Assembly: GCA_035945995.1 (NCBI GenBank)
Contig: DASYZR010000153.1
Span: 22,330-86,329, forward strand
Source of the DNA: a bacterium
GTDB taxonomy: Bacteria > Sysuimicrobiota > Sysuimicrobiia > Sysuimicrobiales > Segetimicrobiaceae
Direction: 5' to 3'
Length of the DNA stretch: 64,000 nt
Both the position numbers and the translations under genes were made by a program. Positions 29,474 to 38,971 of the stretch are shown here, in pieces. How positions within the stretch are numbered: position 1 is the first letter of the stretch; each line of letters begins with the position of its first letter. Below the pieces are notes generated by a model. It ran no database searches. It was not told where the DNA came from and was given only the letters and a program-made list of their open reading frames with translations.

Positions 29474-30310
29474 CTAGACGTCCCAGCCGCCGTCGACGAC
29501 CAGATCGTGGCCGGTGATCTGCCGGCTTTCGTCCGAGGCGAGGAATACGACGGTGTGCGCGACGTCCGATTCGTCGGAGAACCGGCGCAGGGCCATCTCC
29601 CGGACGTACTCGTCGAAGACCGCCTCGGGCGTCGTGTCCCGCACCCGGGCCTTCTCCCCGATGATGGTCCGCATGCGCTCGCCCTCGACGACGCCGGGAC
29701 AGATCGCATTCACGTTCACGTTGTAGGGACCGGCCTCGAGGGCCAGCGTGCGGGTCAGTCCGCGGACCGCCCACTTCGACGCCGAATAGGCGGCGCGATT
29801 GCGATAGCCGCGCAGCCCCGAGGTCCCGGCGATGTTGACGATCTTGCCGTACCGCTGCTCCATCATCGTCGGGACGACGGCCCGGCAGCAGAGAAAGACG
29901 CCGCGAAGATTCACGGCCAGTACCTGGTCCCACTCCTCGGGCGCGATCTGGTACAGGGGCGTCTCAATCGGACCGATCACACCGGCCGCGTTCACCAGGA
30001 TGTCGATCCGGCCGAACTCAGCGCGCGCCCGGCGGGCGAGCGCCGACACCTGATCCTCCCGCGTCACGTCGGCGGGCACCGCGAGGTGGCGGTGGCCTGC
30101 CCCGCCTGCCTCGCCTGCCCCGCGCGAGACGGGGCGTGAGCCGGGGCCCCCTTCCAGATGCTCGAGCCGCTCGACCAGCGCCGCGAGCGGGCCGGCCTCG
30201 CGCGCGGCCGCGACGACATGCGCCCCCTCGCCGGCGAGCGCGGCGCAGATCGCGTCGCCCATACCCTTGGCGGCACCGGTGACGATCGCTACCCGATCCG
30301 CAAGCCTCAC
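29474..30310 (-). CDS. Short-chain dehydrogenase/reductase (SDR) with an approximately 28-aa Gly/Ala/Pro-rich insertion
   Basis: VAIVTGAAKGMG...NAAG...YSASKWAV (YxxxK). An insertion LEHLEGGPGSRPVSRGAGEAGGAGHRHL follows the second beta strand. Confidence 0.75.
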   Translation of the reverse strand: MRLADRVAIVTGAAKGMGDAICAALAGEGAHVVAAAREAGPLAALVERLEHLEGGPGSRPVSRGAGEAGGAGHRHLAVPADVTREDQVSALARRARAEFGRIDILVNAAGVIGPIETPLYQIAPEEWDQVLAVNLRGVFLCCRAVVPTMMEQRYGKIVNIAGTSGLRGYRNRAAYSASKWAVRGLTRTLALEAGPYNVNVNAICPGVVEGERMRTIIGEKARVRDTTPEAVFDEYVREMALRRFSDESDVAHTVVFLASDESRQITGHDLVVDGGWDV

Positions 30311-31953
30311 CTGGTCTCCCCCCCATCGCCCGCCGTCACGTATCCGTTCCGCAGGTCCGCCTCGCGCAGCGCCGCCGGGCGTTCCTCCGGCGGTCCGTAC
30401 CCGCCCCCGCCGGAGCTCTCCAGCACGATCAGGTCGCCCCGGTGGAGGTCACGGTTCTCCTTTCCGCCGATCGCGATCTGCCCGCCCGCGCGGTCGCAGG
30501 CCACCCGGAACGGCGCTCCGTCCGCGCCGCCGAACACCCCCCACGGCGGCACGCGCATCCGCTCGACCATCGTGGACAGCTCCGCGTGCTCGCAGAGCAC
30601 CCGGTACGATCGGCGCAGCCCAAGCCCGCCCCGATGCCGGCCGCGGCCGCCGCTGCCGGGGCGCAACTCGCAGCACTCGACCCGCAGCGGGTACTCGCTC
30701 TCGATCACCTCGACCGGCGTATTCATCACGTTGCTCATGTGCACCCGCACGGCGTTGGTGCCGTCCCGGTCCCGGCCCGCGCCCTCGCCGCCGCCGTGCA
30801 CCTCGTACAGCACGAACGGACGGCCGTCGTCGTGGCGCCCGGCGAGCATCACCAGGCCCGAGGTCCCCGGACCGCCGGCGACGATCCGGTTCGGGAGCAC
30901 CGGGGCGAGCGCGCGGAGGAGCGCGTCGACGACGCGCTGCGAGGTCTCGTGGTTGCCGCCGACCCGGGGTGCCTCCGGCCCGGGGTTGAGCACGCACCCC
31001 TCGGGGATGCGCAGGCGAATGGGCCGGTAGCAGCCGGCGTTGGCGGGAATCTCGGGGCCCAAGAGCGCCCGGACGGCGTAGAACACGGCCGACGCGGTCA
31101 CGAACCGGGTGGCGTTGAGGGGCCCCCGCGTCTCCGGCGCGGTGCCCTCAAAGTCGACGTCGAGCGCATCACCGGCCGGACGGACGCGGGCGGTGATGCG
31201 GACCGGCCCCTCCCCGGCGCCGTCGTCGTCGAGCCAATCCTCGCCCGCGTACTCGCCGGCCGGCAGAGCGGCGATCGCCGCCCGCATCAGCCCTTCCGAC
31301 TCGTCGAGAAACCGGCCCAGGCACGCCCGGACCGTCTCCGCGCCGAAGCGGTCGAACATCTCCCCGAGGCGCGCCGCGGCCACCGCGTTCGCGGCGTACT
31401 GGGCGAGGATGTCCCCCCGCCGCTCCTCCCGCCCGCGGACGTTCGCCAGCACCATCTCGAGCATCGTCTCGTTCGGCTCTCCGCGCTCGAACAGCGGCAC
31501 CGGGGGAATGCACAGACCCTCCGCGTAGCGGTCGCGGGCCGCCGCCACATAGCTGCCCCGGCGCGCGCCGCCGACATCCGGCCAGTGGGCCAGGTTGATG
31601 GCAAACGCGACAAGGTCTCCCCGGTGGAACACTGGGGTGATCGCTTTGACGTCCGGCAGGTGGTTGCCGCCGACCTCGGGATCGTTGGTGAAGTACACGT
31701 CGCCCGCACGGAGCGCGGAAGCGGGCACGCGCCGCAGAAACTCCTCGACGGTGAACGCCATCACCCCGAGGTGGATCGGGATGTCGCGGCCCTGGGCCAC
31801 GAGCCGCCCGCGGGCATCCGTGAGCGCGCAGGAGAGATCGCCGGCCTCCTTGAGGACCGGGGATCGGGCAGAGCGCATCAGAATGACGCGCATCTCCTCG
31901 GCGACCGAGAAGATCGCGTGGCGCACGACCTCGAGCGTGACCGGGTCGATCAT
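30307..31953 (-). CDS. hyuB: Hydantoinase B / oxoprolinase family protein (HyuB-type), pair 2
   Basis: 548 aa; MIDPVTLEVVRHAIFSVAEEM; DVYFTNDPEVGGNHLPD; SSGGGGYGPP. Confidence 0.85.
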   Translation of the reverse strand: MIDPVTLEVVRHAIFSVAEEMRVILMRSARSPVLKEAGDLSCALTDARGRLVAQGRDIPIHLGVMAFTVEEFLRRVPASALRAGDVYFTNDPEVGGNHLPDVKAITPVFHRGDLVAFAINLAHWPDVGGARRGSYVAAARDRYAEGLCIPPVPLFERGEPNETMLEMVLANVRGREERRGDILAQYAANAVAAARLGEMFDRFGAETVRACLGRFLDESEGLMRAAIAALPAGEYAGEDWLDDDGAGEGPVRITARVRPAGDALDVDFEGTAPETRGPLNATRFVTASAVFYAVRALLGPEIPANAGCYRPIRLRIPEGCVLNPGPEAPRVGGNHETSQRVVDALLRALAPVLPNRIVAGGPGTSGLVMLAGRHDDGRPFVLYEVHGGGEGAGRDRDGTNAVRVHMSNVMNTPVEVIESEYPLRVECCELRPGSGGRGRHRGGLGLRRSYRVLCEHAELSTMVERMRVPPWGVFGGADGAPFRVACDRAGGQIAIGGKENRDLHRGDLIVLESSGGGGYGPPEERPAALREADLRNGYVTAGDGGETR

Positions 31954-32014
31954 CGGAGCGCCTCGCCTCCCACCGCCCTGCGATCGGGAGCCGCCGGGAT
32001 CCGCGGCGCGGCCG

Positions 32015-34081
32015 TCACGCCGCCTCGATCCACAGCAGACCGGCGCGGTCGCCGCGCAGGACCTGCCCCGGATCGACCACGACGGTCGACCACGCGTCCT
32101 CGATGACCGCCGGGCCGCGCACCTCGCTGCCGGGACCGAGATCACCGCGAAAGCATCGCGTGGCCGGTGTCCATCCGCGCCCATAGAAAAAGGCCCGCCG
32201 CTCGGCGCGGATCCCGCCGCGGCCATCCCCCGCCCCGCCTCGCGCCCCCTCTCGCGCGGGGCCCCTGGTCAGGGGCAGGCAGGCGGGGACGGCCGGGAGC
32301 CCGCCGATCGCCGACGGGATGATGGCGCTCGCGCGGAGGTTCACACACTCCACGGGGTCGCCGGTCACGTACCCGAACCGAAGCCGGTGACGCTCCGCAA
32401 ATCGCCGTGTGATCCCGGGGCCGTCCACCCCGGGCACCGTCGTGACCTCGAGTTCGTAGTTCTGACCGCGATACCGGAGGTCCATGGAGCGCTGCACGAT
32501 TGCCCCGCCGGCCTCGAGCCCTTCGTCCGCGAACCGGCCCAGTAGTTCGGCCTCCATGTCCCGAAAGGGCGCCTCCCAGCTGTCGGCCCGGCTCGAGGCC
32601 AGGTCGAAGCGGACGGTCCGCACGGCGTCGTAGCGCATGTCGGCCGTCAGGCACCCGTACGCCGAGAAGCCGCTGGAGTACGGCGGGACGAGCGCACGCG
32701 GCATCCCCGCACGCTCGATCAGCCGGCCGGCGTGGATCGGACCGGCGCCGCCGTATGCGATGAGCGTGAGCCCGCGCGGATCGACGCCCCGTTCAATGGA
32801 CACGACGCGCAGCACCCGGTTCATCGCCGCGTTGGCGATCTCGAGAATCCCGGCCGCCGCGTCCGGGACGGATAGGGCGAACCGCGTGGCCAGCGGTTCC
32901 AGCGCCCGCCACGCCCGGTCCGGGTCGAGGCGCAGCCCTCCCACGCCGCCGTCGGTGTTGAGATAGCCGAGCACAACGTACGCATCCGTGACGGTCGGCT
33001 CTTCTCCTCCCCGGGCGTAGCACGCCGGACCCGGAGTGGCCCCGGCGCTGCGCGGTCCGACCCGCAGCGCCCCGCCCGGGTCCACCCACGCGACGGATCC
33101 GCCCCCCGCCCCGATGCTCTCGACGGCGAGCGACCGGAACCGGACCGGCCGGCCGGAAACGCGGCGTTCCGACAGCGTCTCCACCTGTCCGCCCTGAATC
33201 AGGCAGACGTCGGTGGACGTGCCGCCCATGTCCAGGGCGACCGCGTCGGTCACGCCGGCGTAGGTCCCGGCCGCCCGGGCCGCCGCGACGCCGCCCGCCG
33301 GACCGGACAGCAGCATCGCGAGCGGGGCGCGCCGCACCTGGCCGGGCGCCGCCATCCCGCCGTTGGACTGCATCAGACGCAGCGTCCCGCGCACGCGCTG
33401 CCCGGCGAGGCCCGCCGTCAGATCGGCCAGGAACCGGTCCACGAGCGGCATCAGCTGCGCGTTCACGCATGCCGTGTGCGTACGCTCGTATTCACGAAAC
33501 TCGGGGTTCACCTCCGACGAGAGGCAGACGTGCGGCACCATCGATCGCAGCAGCGCGCCGGCCCGCTGCTCGTGCGCCGGGTTCGCGTAGGCGTGAAGGA
33601 AACTCACCGCGACGGCTTCGACACCGGCCTCGCGAAGGGCGCCGGCGAGGCCGGTCACGTCGGCCTCGTCGAGCGGCACGAGCACCTGTCCCCGATGGTC
33701 GACCCGCTCGGTCACCTCGAACCGCAGCACCCGGGGCACCGCGGACGGCGCCCGTCCGGGCAGGTCCAGCCGGTAGAGGTGGTCGCGCTGCTGCCTGCCG
33801 ATCTCGAGGACGTCGCGGAAGCCGCGCGTTGTCACGAGGGCGGTTCGGGCGCCCCGGCCCTCCAGGACGGCGTTGGTCACCAGGGTCGTGCCGTAGGTCA
33901 GACGCGCGACGTCGTCGCCGTCCCGGCCGACCGCGCGCAGGCCCTCGCGCAGTGCGTGGGACGGATTGGCGGTGGTCGGCACCTTGCAGAAGCGCAGGGG
34001 GCCGCCGTCCGCGGGCTGCGCCACGAGGTCGGTGAAGGTCCCGCCGACGTCGACCCCGATGCTCACGCCGTCCGACGCCAC
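32015..34081 (-). CDS. hyuA: Hydantoinase A / oxoprolinase family protein (HyuA-type), pair 2
   Basis: ...SIGVDVGGTFTDLV...DMGGTSTD...IGAGGGS. The GTG start is placed 4 nt after the upstream solA-like stop; 34066 is the alternative. Confidence 0.8.
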   Translation of the reverse strand: MASDGVSIGVDVGGTFTDLVAQPADGGPLRFCKVPTTANPSHALREGLRAVGRDGDDVARLTYGTTLVTNAVLEGRGARTALVTTRGFRDVLEIGRQQRDHLYRLDLPGRAPSAVPRVLRFEVTERVDHRGQVLVPLDEADVTGLAGALREAGVEAVAVSFLHAYANPAHEQRAGALLRSMVPHVCLSSEVNPEFREYERTHTACVNAQLMPLVDRFLADLTAGLAGQRVRGTLRLMQSNGGMAAPGQVRRAPLAMLLSGPAGGVAAARAAGTYAGVTDAVALDMGGTSTDVCLIQGGQVETLSERRVSGRPVRFRSLAVESIGAGGGSVAWVDPGGALRVGPRSAGATPGPACYARGGEEPTVTDAYVVLGYLNTDGGVGGLRLDPDRAWRALEPLATRFALSVPDAAAGILEIANAAMNRVLRVVSIERGVDPRGLTLIAYGGAGPIHAGRLIERAGMPRALVPPYSSGFSAYGCLTADMRYDAVRTVRFDLASSRADSWEAPFRDMEAELLGRFADEGLEAGGAIVQRSMDLRYRGQNYELEVTTVPGVDGPGITRRFAERHRLRFGYVTGDPVECVNLRASAIIPSAIGGLPAVPACLPLTRGPAREGARGGAGDGRGGIRAERRAFFYGRGWTPATRCFRGDLGPGSEVRGPAVIEDAWSTVVVDPGQVLRGDRAGLLWIEAA

Positions 34082-34086
34082 GGGGG

Positions 34087-35223
34087 CTACGGCGGCGGGA
34101 GCCGGCCGATTGCGAATAGACTCAGATCGAACCGGCTCGTCCCGTCCAGCACCAGGTCGGCCATGATCTCGCCGACGACGCTGCAAAACTTGAACCCGTG
34201 TCCGGAGAACCCCGCGGCGACGCCCACGTTCGGCCGGCCGGGGAGCCGGTCGAGAATGAAGTGCTCGTCCGGGCTGTTGGTGAAGAGACAGGTCTTCATC
34301 GCCATGGTCGGCCCGTCGGCGTCCGGAAAGTAGCGGCGGATCCCTTCCCGCAGGACCGCTTCGTCTTCGGGATGGATCTCGCGGTCCACCGTGCCGGCAT
34401 CGGTGTGCCCGCCGCGATGGTGATACTTCCCGATCTTGAACCCGGGGACGCTGTAGATGGGAAACCCGTAGAACCGTCCCTCGGGACCCTCCAAGTTGAA
34501 GACGGGAAACGCGCCGAGACGGAAGTACTCGGGTCGCAGCGGTTGGGCCCAGAGCAACACCTGCCGCTCCGGCACGGCCGCCCGGGCCAGGGCCGGCACG
34601 AGGCCCGCCGCCCACGGTCCCGCGGTGATCACGAGCCGATCCGCGGCATACTCACCGCGCGGCGTGTGGACACGCACCCCGTCGCCGCCGCCCTCCCACC
34701 GCAACGCCGGCTCCCGGGCGCGCACTTCCGCGCCGAGCGTCTGCGCCGCCGCCACGTGGGCGACGATCGTGCGCTCCGACAGGACGAACCCGCCGTCCGG
34801 TTGGTAGACGGCGATCATGTCGCTCGCGAGACGATACCCGGGATGGCGCCGGTGTAGCTCCGCGGCATTCCACCTTTCGTGGGGCAGGTGATGACGCTCA
34901 CACGAGAGGAGCGATCCCGTGACCGTCCGGCAGCCGTCCGGGCCGGCGTCGATGCTGCCTGTCACCACCAGCAGGCGCTCGCCGGCGAGATGTTCCAACT
35001 CCCGCCACAGCTCATACGCGCGGCGGAGCAACGGGACGTATGATGGGTGCTCCCAATACGCCAGGCGGATGATGCGGTTCGTCCCGTGCGACGAGCCGCG
35101 ATCGTGGGGAATGTCAAACTGCTCCAGGCCCAGCGTCCGGAGACCGCGTCGCGCCAAATGGTGGACGGCGGCGCTGCCCATGCCGCCCACACCGATCACG
35201 ATGGCGTCGTAGTGGCGCGTCAT
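34087..35223 (-). CDS. Monomeric sarcosine oxidase / N-methyl-L-tryptophan oxidase (SolA/MTOX) family FAD-dependent oxidoreductase
   Basis: MTRHYDAIVIGVGGMGSAAVHHLARRG...HGTNRIIRLAY...NSPDEHFILD...GFSGHGFKFCSVVGE (conserved flavinylation Cys region). Confidence 0.8.
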   Translation of the reverse strand: MTRHYDAIVIGVGGMGSAAVHHLARRGLRTLGLEQFDIPHDRGSSHGTNRIIRLAYWEHPSYVPLLRRAYELWRELEHLAGERLLVVTGSIDAGPDGCRTVTGSLLSCERHHLPHERWNAAELHRRHPGYRLASDMIAVYQPDGGFVLSERTIVAHVAAAQTLGAEVRAREPALRWEGGGDGVRVHTPRGEYAADRLVITAGPWAAGLVPALARAAVPERQVLLWAQPLRPEYFRLGAFPVFNLEGPEGRFYGFPIYSVPGFKIGKYHHRGGHTDAGTVDREIHPEDEAVLREGIRRYFPDADGPTMAMKTCLFTNSPDEHFILDRLPGRPNVGVAAGFSGHGFKFCSVVGEIMADLVLDGTSRFDLSLFAIGRLPPP

Positions 35224-35248
35224 GTCGCGACACCGGGCAGCCGGCGGG

Positions 35249-36070
35249 CTAGACCCCGCTGAACGCGCTGAACCCGCCGTCCACCGGGATGACCGTCCCG
35301 TTCACGAACCGGCTGCCCGGGCCGCACAGCCAGATCACGGTTCCGATGAGGTCGCCGGGCTCGCCAAACCGGCCCGCGGGGGTGTGCTCGATGATCCGCC
35401 CGCCGCGCGGAGTGAGGCTCCCATCCTCGTTGGTGAGCAACCGGCGGTTTTGCTCCCCGATGAAGAACCCGGGCGCGACGGCGTTGACACGCAGGCCCGC
35501 GCCGTGCTTGCGCGAGAGCTCGACGGCGAGCCAGCGCGTCAAATTCTCGACCGCCGCCTTCGCCGCCGAATAGGCCGGCACGCGCGTGAGGACGCGTTGG
35601 GACGCCATCGACGACACGTTCACGATGCTGCCCCGCCCGGCCGCGGCCATCGCGGCGCCGAACGTCTGAATCGGCAGCAGCGTTCCGAGGAAATTCAGGT
35701 CCATCGCGGCCCGCCATCCCTCCACCGGCAGGTCGAGCACCGAGCCGCCGTTTGCGAGGGTGGCCTGCGGCAGGTTGCCGCCCGCCGCGTTGATCAGGAT
35801 GTCGACGCGTCCCCATCGCCCGACCACGTCGTCCCGGGACCGCGCCAGCGTCGCCGGGTCGAGCACGTCGGCGGCCAGCGGCATCGCCTCGCCGCCGGAG
35901 CGCTCGATCTGCGCGACGACCTCCCGCGCGCGCTCGAGCCGGCGGCCGAGGACGCCCACCCGGGCGCCGGCCGCGGACAGGCCGCGAGCCATCGCCGACC
36001 CCAGGACGCCGCTTCCGCCGGTGACCACCGCCACCGTGCCGCGCAGGTCGAAGAGCTGCTCGGGTGTCAT
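35249..36070 (-). CDS. Short-chain dehydrogenase/reductase (mannonate / altronate-oxidoreductase-like SDR)
   Basis: VAVVTGGSGVLG...NAAGG...YSAAKAAV. Confidence 0.7.
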   Translation of the reverse strand: MTPEQLFDLRGTVAVVTGGSGVLGSAMARGLSAAGARVGVLGRRLERAREVVAQIERSGGEAMPLAADVLDPATLARSRDDVVGRWGRVDILINAAGGNLPQATLANGGSVLDLPVEGWRAAMDLNFLGTLLPIQTFGAAMAAAGRGSIVNVSSMASQRVLTRVPAYSAAKAAVENLTRWLAVELSRKHGAGLRVNAVAPGFFIGEQNRRLLTNEDGSLTPRGGRIIEHTPAGRFGEPGDLIGTVIWLCGPGSRFVNGTVIPVDGGFSAFSGV

Positions 36071-37590
36071 CCGCCCGCCTCCGGCCCGTCCTCGTCAGGG
36101 GACGCCGCCCCGGCGAACGCCGAAAGGTGGCGGATGAAATGGCGCTCCACCGTGGCGTCGTAAGCCTCCGGGTTGGCCCGTAGAACGGCGCGCAGCCGCT
36201 CGCCGTAGGCCGCCAGCGCCGAGCCGAACGTGACGTGCAGCATCTCGCGCGCGTCGAAGTCGTCGAGCAGCGACGCGAGGTCCGCGTCCGCCACCGCCCG
36301 CGGCGCGGGCGCCCGCTCGGGACGCGCCGACACGTGGTAGCTGGCCCGGTCGTGCTCGTAGCGCTCGTGCGCCAGCGCGTAGATGGCGCGAAACAACTCC
36401 GGATCCAGTGGCGCGATCGTGCGCAGCGCTTCGAGGTAACTCGTCCCGGCCGTCTTGATGTGCGCGAGCGTCCCGGCCTGCCGGGCAAACGCGCCGTACA
36501 CGCTCAATTTGTCCGAACCGGAATGCAGGCTCAACTTGTAGGAGCCGAGGCGGCGCGCGATCGCCGCGTGCACCGCGGCGTCGGCCTCGAACGCGGCGGG
36601 ATCGCCGATATAGTCCACGCCCTTCTCGAAGCGCCCGACGAAGCGCGGCGCGAGGCTCACCCACCGGACGTCCAACCGGCGCAGCTCGGTCGCGACGTAG
36701 GCGTGCTGCACCGGCGTCGTCGGCGTATCGGTTTCATCGACCGAGATCTCCACCTCGGCGTCACCGCCGCGCGCGCGGAGATGACGGTAGAGGGCCGCGA
36801 CGTGGGCCACCGCGCGCCCGTACTTGAGGGCGGCCCGCGCGATCCCCTCGTCGTCGAAGACGATGACCCGCCCGTCCGCCTCGAGCGTCCGGCCGCGGTA
36901 GCGCGCTTCGAGCCCCGCGCGGGAATCCTCGAGCGCGTTCCATGGAAGCGCGTCGAGGGCCGCGGCCACGGCGGCGGCCGGCCGCGCATCGGCGGCCGGA
37001 TCCACGTACGCGCCCGGATCGAACGTGAAGAACGTGTACCCCGCGGCGAGACACGCGTCGACGTCCGCCGTCGTCTTCAGGTGATCCGCATCGGCGCCGA
37101 AGCCTTCGCGCCACCCTTCTGCGAAAACACCCCAGGCGGCGTCCGTGAGCACCTGCACCGGATTGCGTCCGGTCCGCTCCATCTCGCGGATCGACTGCTG
37201 GGCAAAGATCGGGGCGAGCGCCGCTTCGCCGTGACGGTGGCCGCCGCCGGCCGCGCGCAGCGCCCGGATGTGGCCGGGCGTCGCCAGCCCGAGTCTGTCG
37301 CCGAAGCCGAAGGAGCGCGCGAGCCCCAGCCGGCGCGGCGCGAGCCACGGCAGCACACCCTGCAGCACCGCAAGGTTGTGGACGCCGAGCGGCCCGACCC
37401 GAAGCCACCGGCCGTCCGCGGCGGAGGTCTCCCCCTCGAGATCCCGCAACGCCGCCGGTACCTCCGGGGCCAGCGCCGCCAGCCGGTCCCCCGCCGGCGT
37501 GCGCGCCAGCCCCACCTCCGCCTCGCCGATCTGGACCACCGACCGGGGCCGGACATCGAACCCGGGAACCGACGACAACCGTGCCATCAT
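36067..37590 (-). CDS. uxaE: Tagaturonate / fructuronate epimerase UxaE-family protein
   Basis: 507 aa. Size and a run of conserved segments (GYTFFTFDPGAYVD...HIKTAGTSYLEALR...) recalled as matching the UxaE family. Confidence 0.55.
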   Translation of the reverse strand: MMARLSSVPGFDVRPRSVVQIGEAEVGLARTPAGDRLAALAPEVPAALRDLEGETSAADGRWLRVGPLGVHNLAVLQGVLPWLAPRRLGLARSFGFGDRLGLATPGHIRALRAAGGGHRHGEAALAPIFAQQSIREMERTGRNPVQVLTDAAWGVFAEGWREGFGADADHLKTTADVDACLAAGYTFFTFDPGAYVDPAADARPAAAVAAALDALPWNALEDSRAGLEARYRGRTLEADGRVIVFDDEGIARAALKYGRAVAHVAALYRHLRARGGDAEVEISVDETDTPTTPVQHAYVATELRRLDVRWVSLAPRFVGRFEKGVDYIGDPAAFEADAAVHAAIARRLGSYKLSLHSGSDKLSVYGAFARQAGTLAHIKTAGTSYLEALRTIAPLDPELFRAIYALAHERYEHDRASYHVSARPERAPAPRAVADADLASLLDDFDAREMLHVTFGSALAAYGERLRAVLRANPEAYDATVERHFIRHLSAFAGAASPDEDGPEAGG

Positions 37591-37603
37591 CTGGGCGCGC
37601 TCA

Positions 37604-38971
37604 TCAGAAGTTTCCGGGGGCCGGCCGGCCCCGGACGGCCTGTCCCCCGTAGGGGAGCACCGGGTCGAGCGGCGGGCGAAGCGTCCCGTCCTCCGCGAAC
37701 ACGAGGGCGGCCGGCGCCGCGTCCGCGACGGGGCCGGCGTGTGGCAGCAGGTGGGGCACGAGGGACTCCGAAACGGCGACCTCGCGGAGCGCGAGCGTGT
37801 TGCGAATGTACACGAGGCGCGTCTCTCCGCCGTCGATCCGCGGCGCGGTGAGCACCGCGGCGTCCAGGACGTCGCGGTCGCTCGCCAGCACCATCGGCAG
37901 GCGCACCGAGTCGATGACCGTGGACGTGAGCGCGTTCATATACGTCGCGGGCAGGTCGATCTTCTCGAGCACCCGCTGCGGGATGAGGTCCGCGAGGCCC
38001 AGGCCGTTGGCGTTGCCCTGCGTCTCGGCGGTGAGGTCCAGCACCGCGATCTTCCGGATCACGGGACCGCCGGAGGCGAACGGCGTGGGATAGCGGCCGG
38101 TGATGTTCGGGTCCATCCCGTCGCCGCTGATGTTCTTGCCGATCTCCTGCACGACGAGCACGTCGGCCTCTGTCACGGGCAGGCGCGCCATGAGACTCCT
38201 CGCGCGGTCCAGCAGCGCGGGCTCACGCTCGAGGAACGCTTCGGGGGGAACGACGGCCAGCTGCACCGGCACGTCGTAGGCGTCTTCGATCGTCGCGACG
38301 CCGAACAGGAGCGGCGCACGCCGCGCCACGATGCCGTAGGCCTCGACCAGGCGGTCGGCGAACCCGCCGAAGCCCGGGGCGTGCATCGACTGCGCGCCCC
38401 GCTGCTTGCCGATCCCGATCACGGCCATCTTGACGAGGCCGCTCTCGATCACGCCGCGAAAGGCGGTATGCGGCTTGACGCGCCCGATCGCGACGGCGGC
38501 GCCGGCCCGATGCGCCTCACGGTCCCAGTACACGCCCGACCCGTCGGCCAGCCGGCCGAGCTCGACCACGTCCATCGACGACACGACCGGCGCGCCCACC
38601 GCCGCCTCCGTGACGCCGAGGCCGGCGAGCACCTCCCGCTGGCCCTCGGCCGTCGCGCCGCCGTGGCTGCCCATCGCGGGCACGATGAACGGCCGGGCGC
38701 CGTGCCGGCGCAGCGCCTCCACCACCGCCTTTGTTATCCGGGGCAGCTCGGCGACGCCGCGGCTGCCGGCCGCCACCGCGACGGGGCCGCGCGGAATCCG
38801 CCGCACGATGTCGGGGGCCGCGATCTGGCGGTGAATCTCCGCTTCGACGTCGCAGCGGCCCGGCGTCGGGAACTGCTGACGTACGCGAACCAGGCGGGGC
38901 AGCGGGGCCGTCGCCGGCGCGCGAATGCCCTCGACCGCGACCGCCCCGGCGCGAGTGCCGTCCGTGCCCAT
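37604..38971 (-). CDS. larA: LarA-family nickel-pincer (NPN) cofactor-dependent hydroxyacid racemase / epimerase homolog
   Basis: 455 aa (DUF2088 / LarA_N); conserved GRVKPHTAF segment (the KPH Lys-Pro-His typical of LarA cofactor tethering / catalysis); TGATG overlap with the upstream isomerase gene. The genomic neighbourhood holds larBCE. Confidence 0.7.
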   Translation of the reverse strand: MGTDGTRAGAVAVEGIRAPATAPLPRLVRVRQQFPTPGRCDVEAEIHRQIAAPDIVRRIPRGPVAVAAGSRGVAELPRITKAVVEALRRHGARPFIVPAMGSHGGATAEGQREVLAGLGVTEAAVGAPVVSSMDVVELGRLADGSGVYWDREAHRAGAAVAIGRVKPHTAFRGVIESGLVKMAVIGIGKQRGAQSMHAPGFGGFADRLVEAYGIVARRAPLLFGVATIEDAYDVPVQLAVVPPEAFLEREPALLDRARSLMARLPVTEADVLVVQEIGKNISGDGMDPNITGRYPTPFASGGPVIRKIAVLDLTAETQGNANGLGLADLIPQRVLEKIDLPATYMNALTSTVIDSVRLPMVLASDRDVLDAAVLTAPRIDGGETRLVYIRNTLALREVAVSESLVPHLLPHAGPVADAAPAALVFAEDGTLRPPLDPVLPYGGQAVRGRPAPGNF

